The translations under genes were made by a program, and so were the position numbers. This document shows positions 54,167-64,000 of a stretch of 64,000 nt of DNA, piece by piece; the first letter of the stretch is position 1; each line of letters begins with the position of its first letter. The notes below the pieces were generated by a model that ran no database searches, was not told the origin of the DNA, and saw only the letters and a program-made list of their open reading frames with translations. This DNA comes from Candidatus Latescibacterota bacterium (GTDB taxonomy: Bacteria; Latescibacterota; UBA2968; UBA8231): positions 5,728,001 through 5,792,000 of the forward strand of contig CBDETY010000003.1 in assembly GCA_965243025.1 (NCBI GenBank), in the 5' to 3' direction.

Positions 54167-54711
54167 GACCCGGCGAGTCCAGTCCCCCGACGAGACCGGG
54201 TCGCGGTCTCGTCCGGGCGATTGCCACCCTCCTCTACTCCGGCCATGCGCCGGTCGCTCCGGGAACCGCAGGAAGCGCGGTTACGGCGGTCGGCTATTAC
54301 TTCCTCTGTTCTTCCCTGACGGCCGTTCAGTGGATGCTTCTCCTGGTGGGGAGCTTCGCGGTGGCGGTATACACCGCCGGCGTCATGGCCCGCGACTGGG
54401 GGCCGGACCCCGGTCCGGTGGTCATCGACGAGTTGGTCGGATACCTCGTCTCAGTGGCGTTCCTGCCGCACAGCATCTGGATCGCGGTCGCGGGATTCTT
54501 CCTCTTCAGGGCTTTCGATATTGTCAAACCCCCCCCGGCACGCCGACTGGAACGGCTGCCCGGCGGCTGGGGGATCGTGATGGACGACGTTGCGGCGGGG
54601 CTCTACTGCCAGTTGATACTGTGGGCGGCAATCACTGTCGGCGGCTGGACGGAAGCGCAGGGAATCGTACAAGAGGCGGGACGACCGGTATTGGAAACGA
54701 GGGGGGAATGA
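54163..54711 (+). CDS. pgpA: Phosphatidylglycerophosphatase A
   Basis: [38 protein letters not shown]. Start uncertain. Confidence 0.92.
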   Translation: MRPGESSPPTRPGRGLVRAIATLLYSGHAPVAPGTAGSAVTAVGYYFLCSSLTAVQWMLLLVGSFAVAVYTAGVMARDWGPDPGPVVIDELVGYLVSVAFLPHSIWIAVAGFFLFRAFDIVKPPPARRLERLPGGWGIVMDDVAAGLYCQLILWAAITVGGWTEAQGIVQEAGRPVLETRGE

Positions 54712-55790
54712 CGTTCGAAGCCATGGGGAAAGAAAAGGACAACAGCCGGGACAAGCAGGCCAGGGATCGGGAAAACGCACTCGATCTGGCTCTCTCCCAG
54801 ATCGAAAAGCAGTACGGCAAGGGGGCCGTCATGCGCCTTGGGGAGCGAGGTGGTCGGGTAGATGTGGCAGCGATACCGAGCGGGTCCCTGGCGCTCGACC
54901 GCGCGCTCGGAATCGGGGGGTTCCCCAAAGGCCGCATCGTCGAAATCTACGGGCCCGAGGGAGCGGGGAAGACGATGGTTTCCCTTCACGCCGTGCGTGA
55001 AGCGCAGAAAGAAGGTGGCACGGCCGCGTTCATCGACGCCGAGCACGCCCTCGACGTCGGTTTCGCCCGCCGCATAGGCGTCGATGTCGACGGGCTCATC
55101 ATCTCCCAGCCCGACAGCGGCGAGCAAGCGCTCGAAATCGTCGATACCCTGGTACGCAGCGGAGCCTTCGACATCATCGTCCTCGACTCGGTCGCGGCGC
55201 TGGTGCCCCAGGCCGAGCTCGACGGCGAAATGGGGGATTCGCACATGGGACTGCACGCCCGCCTGATGTCGCAGGCGCTGCGCAAGCTTGCGGCATCGAT
55301 CAACCGCTCCCGGACCTGCGTGATCTTCATAAACCAGCTGCGCATGAAGATCGGCGTCATGTTCGGCAACCCGGAGACGACTACAGGCGGCAGGGCCCTC
55401 GGTTTCTACGCCTCGCTGCGCCTCGACATCCGGCGCGTCGCCCAGATCAAGGACGGCGACGACGCCGTCGGGAGCCGCACCCGTGTCAAGGTGGTGAAGA
55501 ACAAGCTGGCGCCCCCCTACCGGCAGGCGGAGTTCGACCTCTTCTTTCAGGGCGACCAGATCGGGATGTCGCGCGAGGGGGACATGGTCGACATCGGCGT
55601 CGACTGCGGGCTGATCGAGAAGAGCGGCACGTGGTTTTCCTACAACGGAGAACGTCTCGGCCAGGGGCGCGAAAACGCCAAGGGGTTTCTCGCCGAGAAC
55701 AAGGAGGTCGCCTCCGCCCTCGAGTCGAGGCTGCGGACCGAGCTGGGGCTCGGAAACGGTTCGCAGCCGGCCCCCGAGCCTGGGGAGTAA
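54708..55790 (+). CDS. recA: Recombinase A
   Basis: [52 protein letters not shown]. Confidence 0.97.
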   Translation: MTFEAMGKEKDNSRDKQARDRENALDLALSQIEKQYGKGAVMRLGERGGRVDVAAIPSGSLALDRALGIGGFPKGRIVEIYGPEGAGKTMVSLHAVREAQKEGGTAAFIDAEHALDVGFARRIGVDVDGLIISQPDSGEQALEIVDTLVRSGAFDIIVLDSVAALVPQAELDGEMGDSHMGLHARLMSQALRKLAASINRSRTCVIFINQLRMKIGVMFGNPETTTGGRALGFYASLRLDIRRVAQIKDGDDAVGSRTRVKVVKNKLAPPYRQAEFDLFFQGDQIGMSREGDMVDIGVDCGLIEKSGTWFSYNGERLGQGRENAKGFLAENKEVASALESRLRTELGLGNGSQPAPEPGE

Positions 55791-55794
55791 CGCG

Positions 55795-56310
55795 GTGCCG
55801 TCCCGGCACGAAAGCATGTGCCAGGCCAGGGAAGCGGCGCTGCGCTACCTGGGAAACCAGGACCGCACGGTGCATCAGGTGCGGGGCAAACTGGAGGAGA
55901 GAGGTTTCGAGCGGACCGTGATCGAGTCGACCCTTGCCGACCTGGAGCGAGCCCGTCTCCTCGACGACCGCGCCTTCGCGCGGCGCTGGATCGAAACCAG
56001 GATGGAGGACCGGCCCGCGGGGGGACCGCGCTTCGAGCAGGATCTGCAAAGCAGGGGGGTAGCTCCCGATGTCGTTGCCGAAGTGCTCGCCGAGTTCGAC
56101 GATACCGTCGGCTCGGAGGAGGCGGCGTTGCAGGTGCTGCGACGGCACCAGTGGAGATACTCCGGGTCGGGGGAAGAGAAAGCCAGGCGGAAAATGTGGG
56201 GACTGCTGAGCCGGCGGGGGTTCGACGCCGATACCAGCCGGCGAGTTGTCGAACGGATGCTGGACGAGGCGGCCGGAGACAGCGTGGAAACTGTGGAGGA
56301 AGAGCAGTGA
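55795..56310 (+). CDS. recX: RecX regulator
   Basis: ALRYL, LLDDRAFA, LSRRGF; follows recA. Confidence 0.88.
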   Translation: MPSRHESMCQAREAALRYLGNQDRTVHQVRGKLEERGFERTVIESTLADLERARLLDDRAFARRWIETRMEDRPAGGPRFEQDLQSRGVAPDVVAEVLAEFDDTVGSEEAALQVLRRHQWRYSGSGEEKARRKMWGLLSRRGFDADTSRRVVERMLDEAAGDSVETVEEEQ

Positions 56311-58919
56311 AGTCGCGGGAGTTTCGCGAGACATTCCTGAGCTTTTTCGAGGAGCGCGGCCACACGCGCGTGCCGAGCGCCCCGGTCGTGCCTGGGGACG
56401 ACCCTACGCTCCTGTTCACGAACGCTGGGATGAACCAGTTCAAGGACGTTTTCCTGGGGCTCGGGAGACGCGACTACAGCCGCGCCGTCGACACCCAGAA
56501 GTGCATCCGGGTCTCGGGCAAACACAACGACCTGGAAGAAGTAGGGGTCAGTCCCTGGCACCACACGTTTTTCGAGATGCTGGGCAACTGGTCCTTCGGC
56601 GACTACTTCAAGGAGGAGGCCATCACCTGGGGTTGGGAGCTGGTGACCGAGCGCCTAGGCCTCGAGAAGGAGCGCCTCTGGGCGACGGTCTTCGAGGGCA
56701 GCGAGACCGAAAAGCTGGAACCGGATGAAGAGGCGGAGAGCCTGTGGATCCGGTGCACCGACCTCCCCGCCGACCGGATCGTCCGTCTCGGCAGCAAGGA
56801 CAACTTCTGGGAAATGGGTGAAACAGGTCCCTGCGGCCCCTGCTCCGAGATTCACTATTTCCTCGGTGACGACACCGGCCTGCAGAGCGCCGAGCTGCTG
56901 CGCCGGGACAGCGGCGATTTCGTCGAGATCTGGAACCTCGTTTTCATCCAGTTCAACCGCGAGCCATCCGGGAATCTGCAGCCGTTGCCGGCGAGGCACG
57001 TCGATACCGGCATGGGCTTCGAACGGATGTGCAGCCTTCTTCAGGGCCGGGAGAGCAACTACGACACCGATGTTTTCGAGCCCCTGATCGCGCGGATCGC
57101 CGATATCACCGGAAAGCATCCCGCCGGGGAAGACCTGGTGCCGATGCGGGTTATCGCCGATCACGTCCGTACCCTGACGGTGGCGATTTCCGACGGCGTC
57201 CTGCCGTCGAACGACGGCCGCGGCTACGTCATGCGGCGCCTGCTGCGCCGCGCCGCACGCTTCGGGCGCAACCTCCAACGGCACGAGCCGTTCATCCACG
57301 AGCTGACCTCCACGGTCGCCGACCAGATGGGTTCCGTTTTCCCGGAGATCGCACAGAAAAGCGATCACGCAGCCCGGGTCATTCGCTCGGAGGAGGAGAG
57401 TTTCGGGGCCACCCTGGACCGCGGCCTCGACATCTTCGAAAAGATGAGCGCCAAGGGCGAGCTGACCGGCGCCGACGCCTTCATGCTGCACGACACCTAC
57501 GGTTTTCCGCTCGACCTGACGGAACTGATGGCGAGGGAACGCGGCCTCCCCGTAGACACGGGGGGGTTCGAGCGCGAGCTGGAGGGGCAACGTGCCCGCG
57601 CCAGGCGCGCCGCCAGGGATCAGTTCACCGCTTCGGAGGGGGTCGGGGACATCGTCACCGGCGAGCACTCGCAGTTCGTCGGTTACACCGACCTGTCCGC
57701 GGACGCCGAGGTAGTCGATGCGGAGGTGGACGGCGGCGGGGGTGTAAGGCTGTTTCTCGACCGCACCCCATTCTATGCCGAGGCGGGAGGCCAGGTCGGA
57801 GACCGCGGGGTCATCTCCGGTTCCGGATTTGCCGTCGATGTGGAGAATACCCTCAAGGCGCGCGGCGGAATCATGCACGTCGGCCGGCTGCGTGGCGGAA
57901 GCCAACCTCCCGGCGGGGCGGTCAGGGCCGAGGTCGACGTCGTCTCCCGCGCCGCGGCGGCCCGCAACCACACCGCCACCCACCTTCTGCACGAGGCGTT
58001 GCGCCGAACCCTGGGGGATCACGTGTCGCAAATGGGTTCGCTGGTCGCCCCCGGCCGTCTGCGGTTCGACTTCTCCCATTTCGAGGCGGTCGAGTCCCGA
58101 CAGGTTCGCGACATAGAAGCGCTCGTCAACGAGCAGATTCGCGCCGACTGCGAGATCCTCGCCTTCGAGGAGGATCTCGGACCCGCCAGGAAGATGGGGG
58201 CCCAGGCGCTTTTCGGAGAGAAGTACGACAACCGGGTCCGCGTCGTGCGGATCGGGGATTTCAGCCTCGAGCTGTGCGGGGGCACACACGTCGAGACCAC
58301 CGGCCGGATCGGTTCCTTCGCCATCGTTTCCGAGGGGGGCGTCGCCGCCGGGACGCGCAGGGTGGAGGCGATCAGCGGCGACGCCGCCGTGCGGGAGGCG
58401 CGCCGGCACCGCGATCTGGCAGGTGAACTGTCGCAGCTTCTGAGCTCCGGTGCGGAGGAGCTCGCCGACCAGGTATGCGAGCTGCTGCGGCGCAACAGGG
58501 AACTCGAGCGGCAACTGGAGGAAAGCCGCCGCCAGGCTGCCGGAGACGAAGCCTTCCGGCTGGTGGAGCAGGCTGAACTGGTCGAAGGTGTTCGCGTGGT
58601 TGCCGGCCGTGTCGAAACCGAAGACGCCGGGTCGATGCGCAGCATGGCCGACGGGTTGCGCGACAACCTCGGCTCCGGCGTCGGCGTCCTCGGCGCCGCT
58701 TTCAAGGGCAAGGCTTCGTTCATCGCCGTTGTAACCGACGACCTCATTTCATCGAGGCGGCTGCACGCGGGGGATATCGTGCGTGGGGTCGCCGAGCACG
58801 CCGGGGGGTCCGGCGGGGGCAAGCCGCACATGGCCCAGGCAGGTGGCAGGGAGCCGGAGAAGTTGAACGAGGCGCTGGCCGCGGTTCCCGGCATCCTGCG
58901 CAGGATTCTGCAAGGGTAG
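56307..58919 (+). CDS. alaS: Alanine--tRNA ligase
   Basis: DPTLLFTNAGMNQFK, FFEMLGNWSFGDYFK, DTGMG, NHTATHLL, ELCGGTH, GGGKPHMAQAGG. Confidence 0.98.
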   Translation: MKSREFRETFLSFFEERGHTRVPSAPVVPGDDPTLLFTNAGMNQFKDVFLGLGRRDYSRAVDTQKCIRVSGKHNDLEEVGVSPWHHTFFEMLGNWSFGDYFKEEAITWGWELVTERLGLEKERLWATVFEGSETEKLEPDEEAESLWIRCTDLPADRIVRLGSKDNFWEMGETGPCGPCSEIHYFLGDDTGLQSAELLRRDSGDFVEIWNLVFIQFNREPSGNLQPLPARHVDTGMGFERMCSLLQGRESNYDTDVFEPLIARIADITGKHPAGEDLVPMRVIADHVRTLTVAISDGVLPSNDGRGYVMRRLLRRAARFGRNLQRHEPFIHELTSTVADQMGSVFPEIAQKSDHAARVIRSEEESFGATLDRGLDIFEKMSAKGELTGADAFMLHDTYGFPLDLTELMARERGLPVDTGGFERELEGQRARARRAARDQFTASEGVGDIVTGEHSQFVGYTDLSADAEVVDAEVDGGGGVRLFLDRTPFYAEAGGQVGDRGVISGSGFAVDVENTLKARGGIMHVGRLRGGSQPPGGAVRAEVDVVSRAAAARNHTATHLLHEALRRTLGDHVSQMGSLVAPGRLRFDFSHFEAVESRQVRDIEALVNEQIRADCEILAFEEDLGPARKMGAQALFGEKYDNRVRVVRIGDFSLELCGGTHVETTGRIGSFAIVSEGGVAAGTRRVEAISGDAAVREARRHRDLAGELSQLLSSGAEELADQVCELLRRNRELERQLEESRRQAAGDEAFRLVEQAELVEGVRVVAGRVETEDAGSMRSMADGLRDNLGSGVGVLGAAFKGKASFIAVVTDDLISSRRLHAGDIVRGVAEHAGGSGGGKPHMAQAGGREPEKLNEALAAVPGILRRILQG

Positions 58920-58925
58920 CGGAGC

Positions 58926-59750
58926 GTGGAACGGCCAGCGCCGTACGACCCCGGTTCTCCATCTCCCGGACGCCGGCTCTGGAACGAGTGCGGCGGACAG
59001 CAGCAGATCACCGCCCTGGAATACCTCCTCTCGGTGCGGGACTCCCGGGGAGCCGGGTACCTGCCCCTGCTCGACCCTGACCGGCTGCCGCTGGACGAGC
59101 TGGAGGCGAGGGCGCAGGCGTGCGCCGAGGTGGGTGCCGACGCGATCCTCGTAGGCACGAGCCTGATGTTGTCGACGAGCCGGAACGCCGCCCTCTTCGA
59201 GCGCTTGAAGAAGTCTGTCGACGTTCCCGTCATCAGCTTTCCCGGGGATGCAAGCCAGGTAGTGCCCACCGCGGATGCCCTGCTGTTTCTCGCAATGATA
59301 AGCGGCCGCAATCCCGAACTGCTCATCGGCCAGCACGTGCGCGCCGCCCCTCTGCTGAAGGAGTACGGCCTCGAAGTCATCCCCACGGGGTACATGCTGA
59401 TAGAATCCGGAACTCTGACGTCGGCGGAGTACATGAGCTCGACGCGGCCGATGCCAAGGGGGAAGAAGGACATCGCCATGACGCATGCCCTCGCGGCGGA
59501 GTTTCTCGGCATGAAGCTGATCTACATGGACACCGGAAGCGGTGCCGGTGATTCGGTGTCCGGGCAGTTGATCTCGGCGGTGGTCGACTACATTTCCCTC
59601 CCCGTAATCGTTGGCGGCGGTATCCGGGATCCTGAAACGGCGCGGGCCAAAGTCGACGCCGGGGCGAGCTTCGTCGTGACCGGAACCGCCGTCGAAACCG
59701 ATCCTTCACGGCTCCGCGAGCTGAGCGACGCCGTGCACTGCAGGGGTTGA
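58926..59750 (+). CDS. Geranylgeranylglyceryl/heptaprenylglyceryl phosphate synthase (group II-like)
   Basis: LLDPD, DAILVGTS, FPG, ADALLF..ISGRNPELLIG, TGYMLIESG, YMDTGSGA, IVGGGIR, VTGT. Confidence 0.9.
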   Translation: MERPAPYDPGSPSPGRRLWNECGGQQQITALEYLLSVRDSRGAGYLPLLDPDRLPLDELEARAQACAEVGADAILVGTSLMLSTSRNAALFERLKKSVDVPVISFPGDASQVVPTADALLFLAMISGRNPELLIGQHVRAAPLLKEYGLEVIPTGYMLIESGTLTSAEYMSSTRPMPRGKKDIAMTHALAAEFLGMKLIYMDTGSGAGDSVSGQLISAVVDYISLPVIVGGGIRDPETARAKVDAGASFVVTGTAVETDPSRLRELSDAVHCRG

Positions 59751-60049
59751 GCGAAGGTCAGCGGGGGCTTGCGGCGGTGGTAGCCAGGGAAGTGGTCATT
59801 GCGAACCGGCTCGGGATCCACGCCCGGCCGGCCACCCTGCTCGTAAAGGCGGCGGCGAACTTCGAAGCGGACATCTTTCTGTCGAAGGGGAACATCCGGC
59901 GCATCAACGGCAAGAGTATCATGGGAGTGATGATGCTGGCCGCCGAACAGGGGGCGACCGTGCTGGTCGAAGCCGAGGGCTCCGACGAAGAGGAGGCGGC
60001 AGCTGCGGTTGCCGGGCTCCTAGCGAGCAGTTTCGAAGAGGCGGCGTGA
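59747..60049 (+). CDS. ptsH: HPr phosphocarrier
   Basis: GIHARPA, GKSIMGV. Confidence 0.93.
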   Translation: MSEGQRGLAAVVAREVVIANRLGIHARPATLLVKAAANFEADIFLSKGNIRRINGKSIMGVMMLAAEQGATVLVEAEGSDEEEAAAAVAGLLASSFEEAA

Positions 60050-61821
60050 GCGACAAAGTCCAAATCCTGCACGGCATTCCGGCATCGCCGGGGATCGGAA
60101 TCGGAAAGGCGTTTCTCTACCAGGCTGTATCTCCCCCCGTGGTGCGGCGCCGGGTAGCGTCCCACCTGGCAGCTGGCGAAGCGGACCGTTTTCTCAACGC
60201 CCTGCAGATGGTTTCCGACGAAATCCGACGCACCAGGCATCTCGTGGAAACAGAGCACGGAGACGATCTCGCCCAGATCTTCGATGCCCAGCTGGCGATG
60301 CTGGAAGACGAGAACGTCAAGGACCGAACCATCGAGATCATCCGCGCGGAACACCTCGCGGCCGAGCCGGCCTTCGTCCAGAACATGCGGTCCCTGCGGG
60401 CGGTATTCGAGGATTCGGACAACGAGTACCTGAGGGCCCGGGCCGCGGATGTCCGGGACATCGAGCACCAGGTATTGCTGCGCCTCCTCGGCGGGGGCCT
60501 TCACGGGCTGGGCTCGTTGCGCTCGAACACCATCGTCGTCGCCAGAGACCTGTTGCCGTCCGAATCGGTCCGCCTGGGCCGCAAGCTGGTCAAGGGGCTC
60601 GTGCTCGACCAGGGGGGAGCGACGTACCACGCCGTAATCATCGCGCGCTCCCTCGGCCTGCCTTCGGTGGTCGGTACCGGGGTCGCCTCCCGTTCCATTC
60701 GCTCAGGGGATCCCCTCGTCGTCGACGGCGACGAAGGCAGCGTGCACATCTTCCCGAAGGGGGAGAGGCTGCGCTATTTCCAGTCCGAGCTGCGCAGGCA
60801 GCACCGGCGGGAGCGCAATCTGCGCGCGCGCCGCGATCTTCCCGCGATGACACGGGACGGGACGGAGATCGCCCTGATGGCCAACGTCGACCTGCAGCAG
60901 GAAGTCGACGTCGCCCTCGACAACGGGGCGGCCGGGGTCGGAATGTTTCGCACCGAGTTCCTTTTCATGGACAACCGCCCGCCGACGGAGGAAGAGCAGT
61001 TGGAGATCTATCGCGGCGCGGTGGAAGCGATGGCGCCTCGCCCGGTCGTAATTCGCACCTTCGACCTTGGCGGGGACAAACTCTCCGGCTCGATTGAGCC
61101 GGTTGCGGAACCCAACCCGTTCCTCGGGTGGCGGGGAATCCGTCTCTGCCTCGACAATCCGGAGTTCTTCAAGGTGCAGCTGCGGGCACTTCTGCGAGCC
61201 GCCGCAGGGGCGGATCTGCGCATCCTGATTCCGATGATCACCACCCTGAACGAGTTGCGGAGGACGAAGGAGCTGATCGGCGAGGCTGCACGGGAGCTGC
61301 GGGGACGCCGCCTCGACCATTCGGCCGACTGTCGGGTCGGGATCATGGTAGAGGTCCCATCGACGGCAATCACCATTGACAGGTTCGTTCCGGAGGTCGA
61401 TTTCCTGAGCCTGGGAACGAACGACCTCGTCCAGTACACCCTGGCGGTTGATCGCACGACCCCGAAGGTATCCGATCTTTACGATCACTACGATCCCTCG
61501 GTTCTGAGGCTGATCAGGGATGTCGCCGACAGCGGCCGGCGCCATGGGGTGGCGACGAGCATCTGCGGCGAGATGGCCGGGGATCCGTTGGCGGCCATCC
61601 TCCTTCTCGGGCTGGGCGTCGAGACTTTGAGCGTCAGCCCGGGGCTGATACCGGAGCTGAAGGAAGCGGTGCGGTCGATCGCAATCGCCCGGGCGCGGGA
61701 AATCGCCGCGCACTGCCTCACCCTGGAATCCGGAGCGGATGTGCGCATCTGTCTGGAGGAGGAATTCTCCGACAGCGTCCTGCCGCGGCGAAGGAGACCG
61801 CGATTCCAGATGACGACTTAA
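60046..61821 (+). CDS. ptsI: PTS enzyme I
   Basis: GIPASPG, TYHAVIIAR, GMFRTEF, NPFLGWRGIR, GTNDLVQY, ICGEMAG. Confidence 0.95.
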   Translation: MSDKVQILHGIPASPGIGIGKAFLYQAVSPPVVRRRVASHLAAGEADRFLNALQMVSDEIRRTRHLVETEHGDDLAQIFDAQLAMLEDENVKDRTIEIIRAEHLAAEPAFVQNMRSLRAVFEDSDNEYLRARAADVRDIEHQVLLRLLGGGLHGLGSLRSNTIVVARDLLPSESVRLGRKLVKGLVLDQGGATYHAVIIARSLGLPSVVGTGVASRSIRSGDPLVVDGDEGSVHIFPKGERLRYFQSELRRQHRRERNLRARRDLPAMTRDGTEIALMANVDLQQEVDVALDNGAAGVGMFRTEFLFMDNRPPTEEEQLEIYRGAVEAMAPRPVVIRTFDLGGDKLSGSIEPVAEPNPFLGWRGIRLCLDNPEFFKVQLRALLRAAAGADLRILIPMITTLNELRRTKELIGEAARELRGRRLDHSADCRVGIMVEVPSTAITIDRFVPEVDFLSLGTNDLVQYTLAVDRTTPKVSDLYDHYDPSVLRLIRDVADSGRRHGVATSICGEMAGDPLAAILLLGLGVETLSVSPGLIPELKEAVRSIAIARAREIAAHCLTLESGADVRICLEEEFSDSVLPRRRRPRFQMTT

Positions 61822-61860
61822 TCCTGCGAGGGGACACTCGAGATTGCGAAAGGATGAAGC

Positions 61861-63024
61861 GTGAGCAGATCCCTGTTTACATCGGAATCGGTATCTGAGG
61901 GACACCCTGACAAGGTGGCCGACCAGATCTCCGACGCCATCCTCGATGCCATGCTGGATCAGGACCCCGGCTCCCGGGTCGCCTGCGAGACCCTGGTCAC
62001 GACGGGGCAGGTGGTCATTGCGGGAGAGGTGACAACTCGAGCGCAGGTCGACATCCAGGGGCTGGTGCGCCAGACCATACGGGAGATCGGGTACGACGAT
62101 CCCGAGTACGGTTTCGACTACCGCTCCTGCGGCATCTCGCTCGCCCTCGACCGGCAGTCACCCGACATCTCCCAGGGGGTGGACGAAGAACAGGGGCTGC
62201 ACGCGGAGATGGGAGCGGGCGACCAGGGGATGATGTTCGGGTATGCCTGTCGCGAGACCTCGCAACTGATGCCGCTGCCGATAACCCTTGCGCACCAGCT
62301 GCTGCAACACCTCAGGCGGCTGCGCAGACGTTCGGCGCTCCCCTACCTGAGGCCGGACGCGAAGTCGCAGGTCACCGTCGAGTACGTCGACGGCAGGCCG
62401 AGCCGCGTCGACACGGTGGTGATATCTACCCAGCACGGGCCGAAGGTTTCCCACCAACGCATTCGGCGGGAAATGATCGCGCAGGTGATCAGGAAGGTGA
62501 TCCCGCCAGGGCTTCTCGACGGAGACACGGTTTTTCACGTCAACCCGACGGGCCGCTTCGTCGTCGGGGGTCCGCACGGCGACTGTGGCCTTACCGGCCG
62601 CAAGATCATCGTCGATACCTATGGAGGCATGTGCCCGCACGGCGGGGGAGCCTTTTCGGGCAAGGATCCGACCAAGGTCGACCGCAGCGCCCATTACATG
62701 GCGCGCTACATCGCCAAGAACATCGTCGCCTCCCGTCTCGCCGACCGCTGCCAGCTGCAGCTGGCTTACGCGATCGGCGTCGCCGATCCGGTTTCCATCC
62801 ATGTCGAGACATTCGGCTCGGGGCGCCGTCCGGACGGTGAGATCGCGGACCTCGTGCGCGAGGTCTTCGCCCTGACACCAAAGGGCATAATCGAGCACTT
62901 GCGCCTGCGGCGTCCGATATACCGGAAAACCGCCGCATACGGCCACTTCGGCCGCTCCGGCCCGGGCTTCACCTGGGAGAAGACCGACCGCGCCGGAGAC
63001 CTGAAACGGCTGGCAAAACTGTAA
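61861..63024 (+). CDS. metK: S-adenosylmethionine synthetase
   Basis: [39 protein letters not shown]. Confidence 0.98.
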   Translation: MSRSLFTSESVSEGHPDKVADQISDAILDAMLDQDPGSRVACETLVTTGQVVIAGEVTTRAQVDIQGLVRQTIREIGYDDPEYGFDYRSCGISLALDRQSPDISQGVDEEQGLHAEMGAGDQGMMFGYACRETSQLMPLPITLAHQLLQHLRRLRRRSALPYLRPDAKSQVTVEYVDGRPSRVDTVVISTQHGPKVSHQRIRREMIAQVIRKVIPPGLLDGDTVFHVNPTGRFVVGGPHGDCGLTGRKIIVDTYGGMCPHGGGAFSGKDPTKVDRSAHYMARYIAKNIVASRLADRCQLQLAYAIGVADPVSIHVETFGSGRRPDGEIADLVREVFALTPKGIIEHLRLRRPIYRKTAAYGHFGRSGPGFTWEKTDRAGDLKRLAKL

Positions 63025-63081
63025 ACGGGCGGGCATGTCGACGGGCGCGTTCGCCGCCCCCCGTCTCGAAGGAGTGTGATC

Positions 63082-64000
63082 ATGCCGGAGACAGCTCGCG
63101 AGCGAGTCCGGCGGCTGGCCCGGCCTTTCGGGAGAGCACTGGCTCCGCACTTCTTCTGTTCCTTCCTGCTGGGGCTTCCTGGTTGCACGGTGAAAAGGCC
63201 CCAGGTTCCGATAATCGATTTAACGGTAAGCATCTCGGTCGCCGACGATACGACGACGATTCGCGACGTCGCCAAGCGCACGGAGTTTCTGCGCATCGAC
63301 CCCGACGACCGCCTGGCTCTCGATTTCGTCAGCGAGTTCGAAGGCGGTGCCGAAATCGGAGACCGCCTGCGAATGACCCTCGAGCAGGGCACGTTTCGCA
63401 CCCGGCTCGGGTCGATTTCGATTCCAGGCCGGGAACTTCCCGTTACCGGGATCTCCCTGGGCCGCATGCTGGGTACGGAGATCCCGGAAACGGACTCGGC
63501 TGTACAGCTGGCGGCAGCCGATTTCGCAACCGAGGTCGGCTTCACACTCGAAGACGCGACTTCGCTTGCAGTCGAGAAGGGAGGCCTCGACCTGTTCATA
63601 CAAAGCAGACTGCCGATGGCGGTCACAACGCGGCTGGTTCTGGTCGACGCCGGCAAAGGGGATGTCGACGGGGAGGAGATCGACCTGGGGAGCATCGCTC
63701 CCGGCGGGTCCGCGGCCGCTTCCCTGGACCTCGGCGGAAAGAAGATTTCGGGCTCCCTGGAATTTCGCGTCACCGGGACCACGGATGAAGCCGAGGTGCG
63801 GATTCAGGGGGAGCCCGCCCTGGAGATTTCGGGCGTTCTGCACGACCTGACGGTCAGCGAGGTTACCGGGGTGATTCCGCAACAGGTTTTCGCCGGCACC
63901 GATTTCCTGGAGATTGCCGACGACCGCATCCAGGCTACCCGGGCCGAGATCAGGGAAGGGGGTGTCACTGTAGAGGTTGTGAACGGTATCCCGGTCCCCT
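63082..64000 (+). CDS. Hypothetical beta-rich lipoprotein (runs off the window)
   Basis: Manual translation: GAAGGAG RBS, MPETARERVRRLAR...FLLGLPGC lipobox, open to the window end. Not in the ORF track. Confidence 0.7.
   Translation, partial: MPETARERVRRLARPFGRALAPHFFCSFLLGLPGCTVKRPQVPIIDLTVSISVADDTTTIRDVAKRTEFLRIDPDDRLALDFVSEFEGGAEIGDRLRMTLEQGTFRTRLGSISIPGRELPVTGISLGRMLGTEIPETDSAVQLAAADFATEVGFTLEDATSLAVEKGGLDLFIQSRLPMAVTTRLVLVDAGKGDVDGEEIDLGSIAPGGSAAASLDLGGKKISGSLEFRVTGTTDEAEVRIQGEPALEISGVLHDLTVSEVTGVIPQQVFAGTDFLEIADDRIQATRAEIREGGVTVEVVNGIPVP

Noticed and set aside
61822-61860. SAM riboswitch before metK
   Set aside because: The gap is only 39 bp and has no aptamer motif.

Overview
A high-GC bacterial chromosome segment made up mostly of housekeeping genes. 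It holds a complete rRNA operon (16S, tRNA-Ile, 23S, 5S), three more tRNAs, a long Alu-domain SRP RNA, and long + strand runs (fusA2-yebC-ruvCAB-tsaB-rimI through rsmA-ilvE-peptide ABC; tadA-tRNAs-ffs-dnaX-recR-pgsA-pgpA-recA-recX-alaS-GGGP synthase-ptsH-ptsI-metK). Gene content and the divergent 16S suggest a deep-branching diderm, perhaps FCB-group/Latescibacterota-like; that is inference and was not checked by a search. I saw no transposase, integrase, phage gene or CRISPR array. The least explained region is a minus-strand locus at about 7.0-13.3 kb: promoter, 147-aa orphan ORF ending EDPGG, three consecutive intrinsic terminators, a 60-aa HTH microprotein, a tandem palindrome, two Zn-ribbon ABC exporters and a frameshifted DUF1854-like gene. 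Other oddities are decaying copies of a gene's 3' end beside a lower-GC AAA ATPase, a glycogenin-like GT8 abutting the 5S gene, a group II GGGP synthase, and substitutions in near-universal rRNA motifs. All calls come from reading the sequence and recalling motifs; many start codons were chosen by hand.
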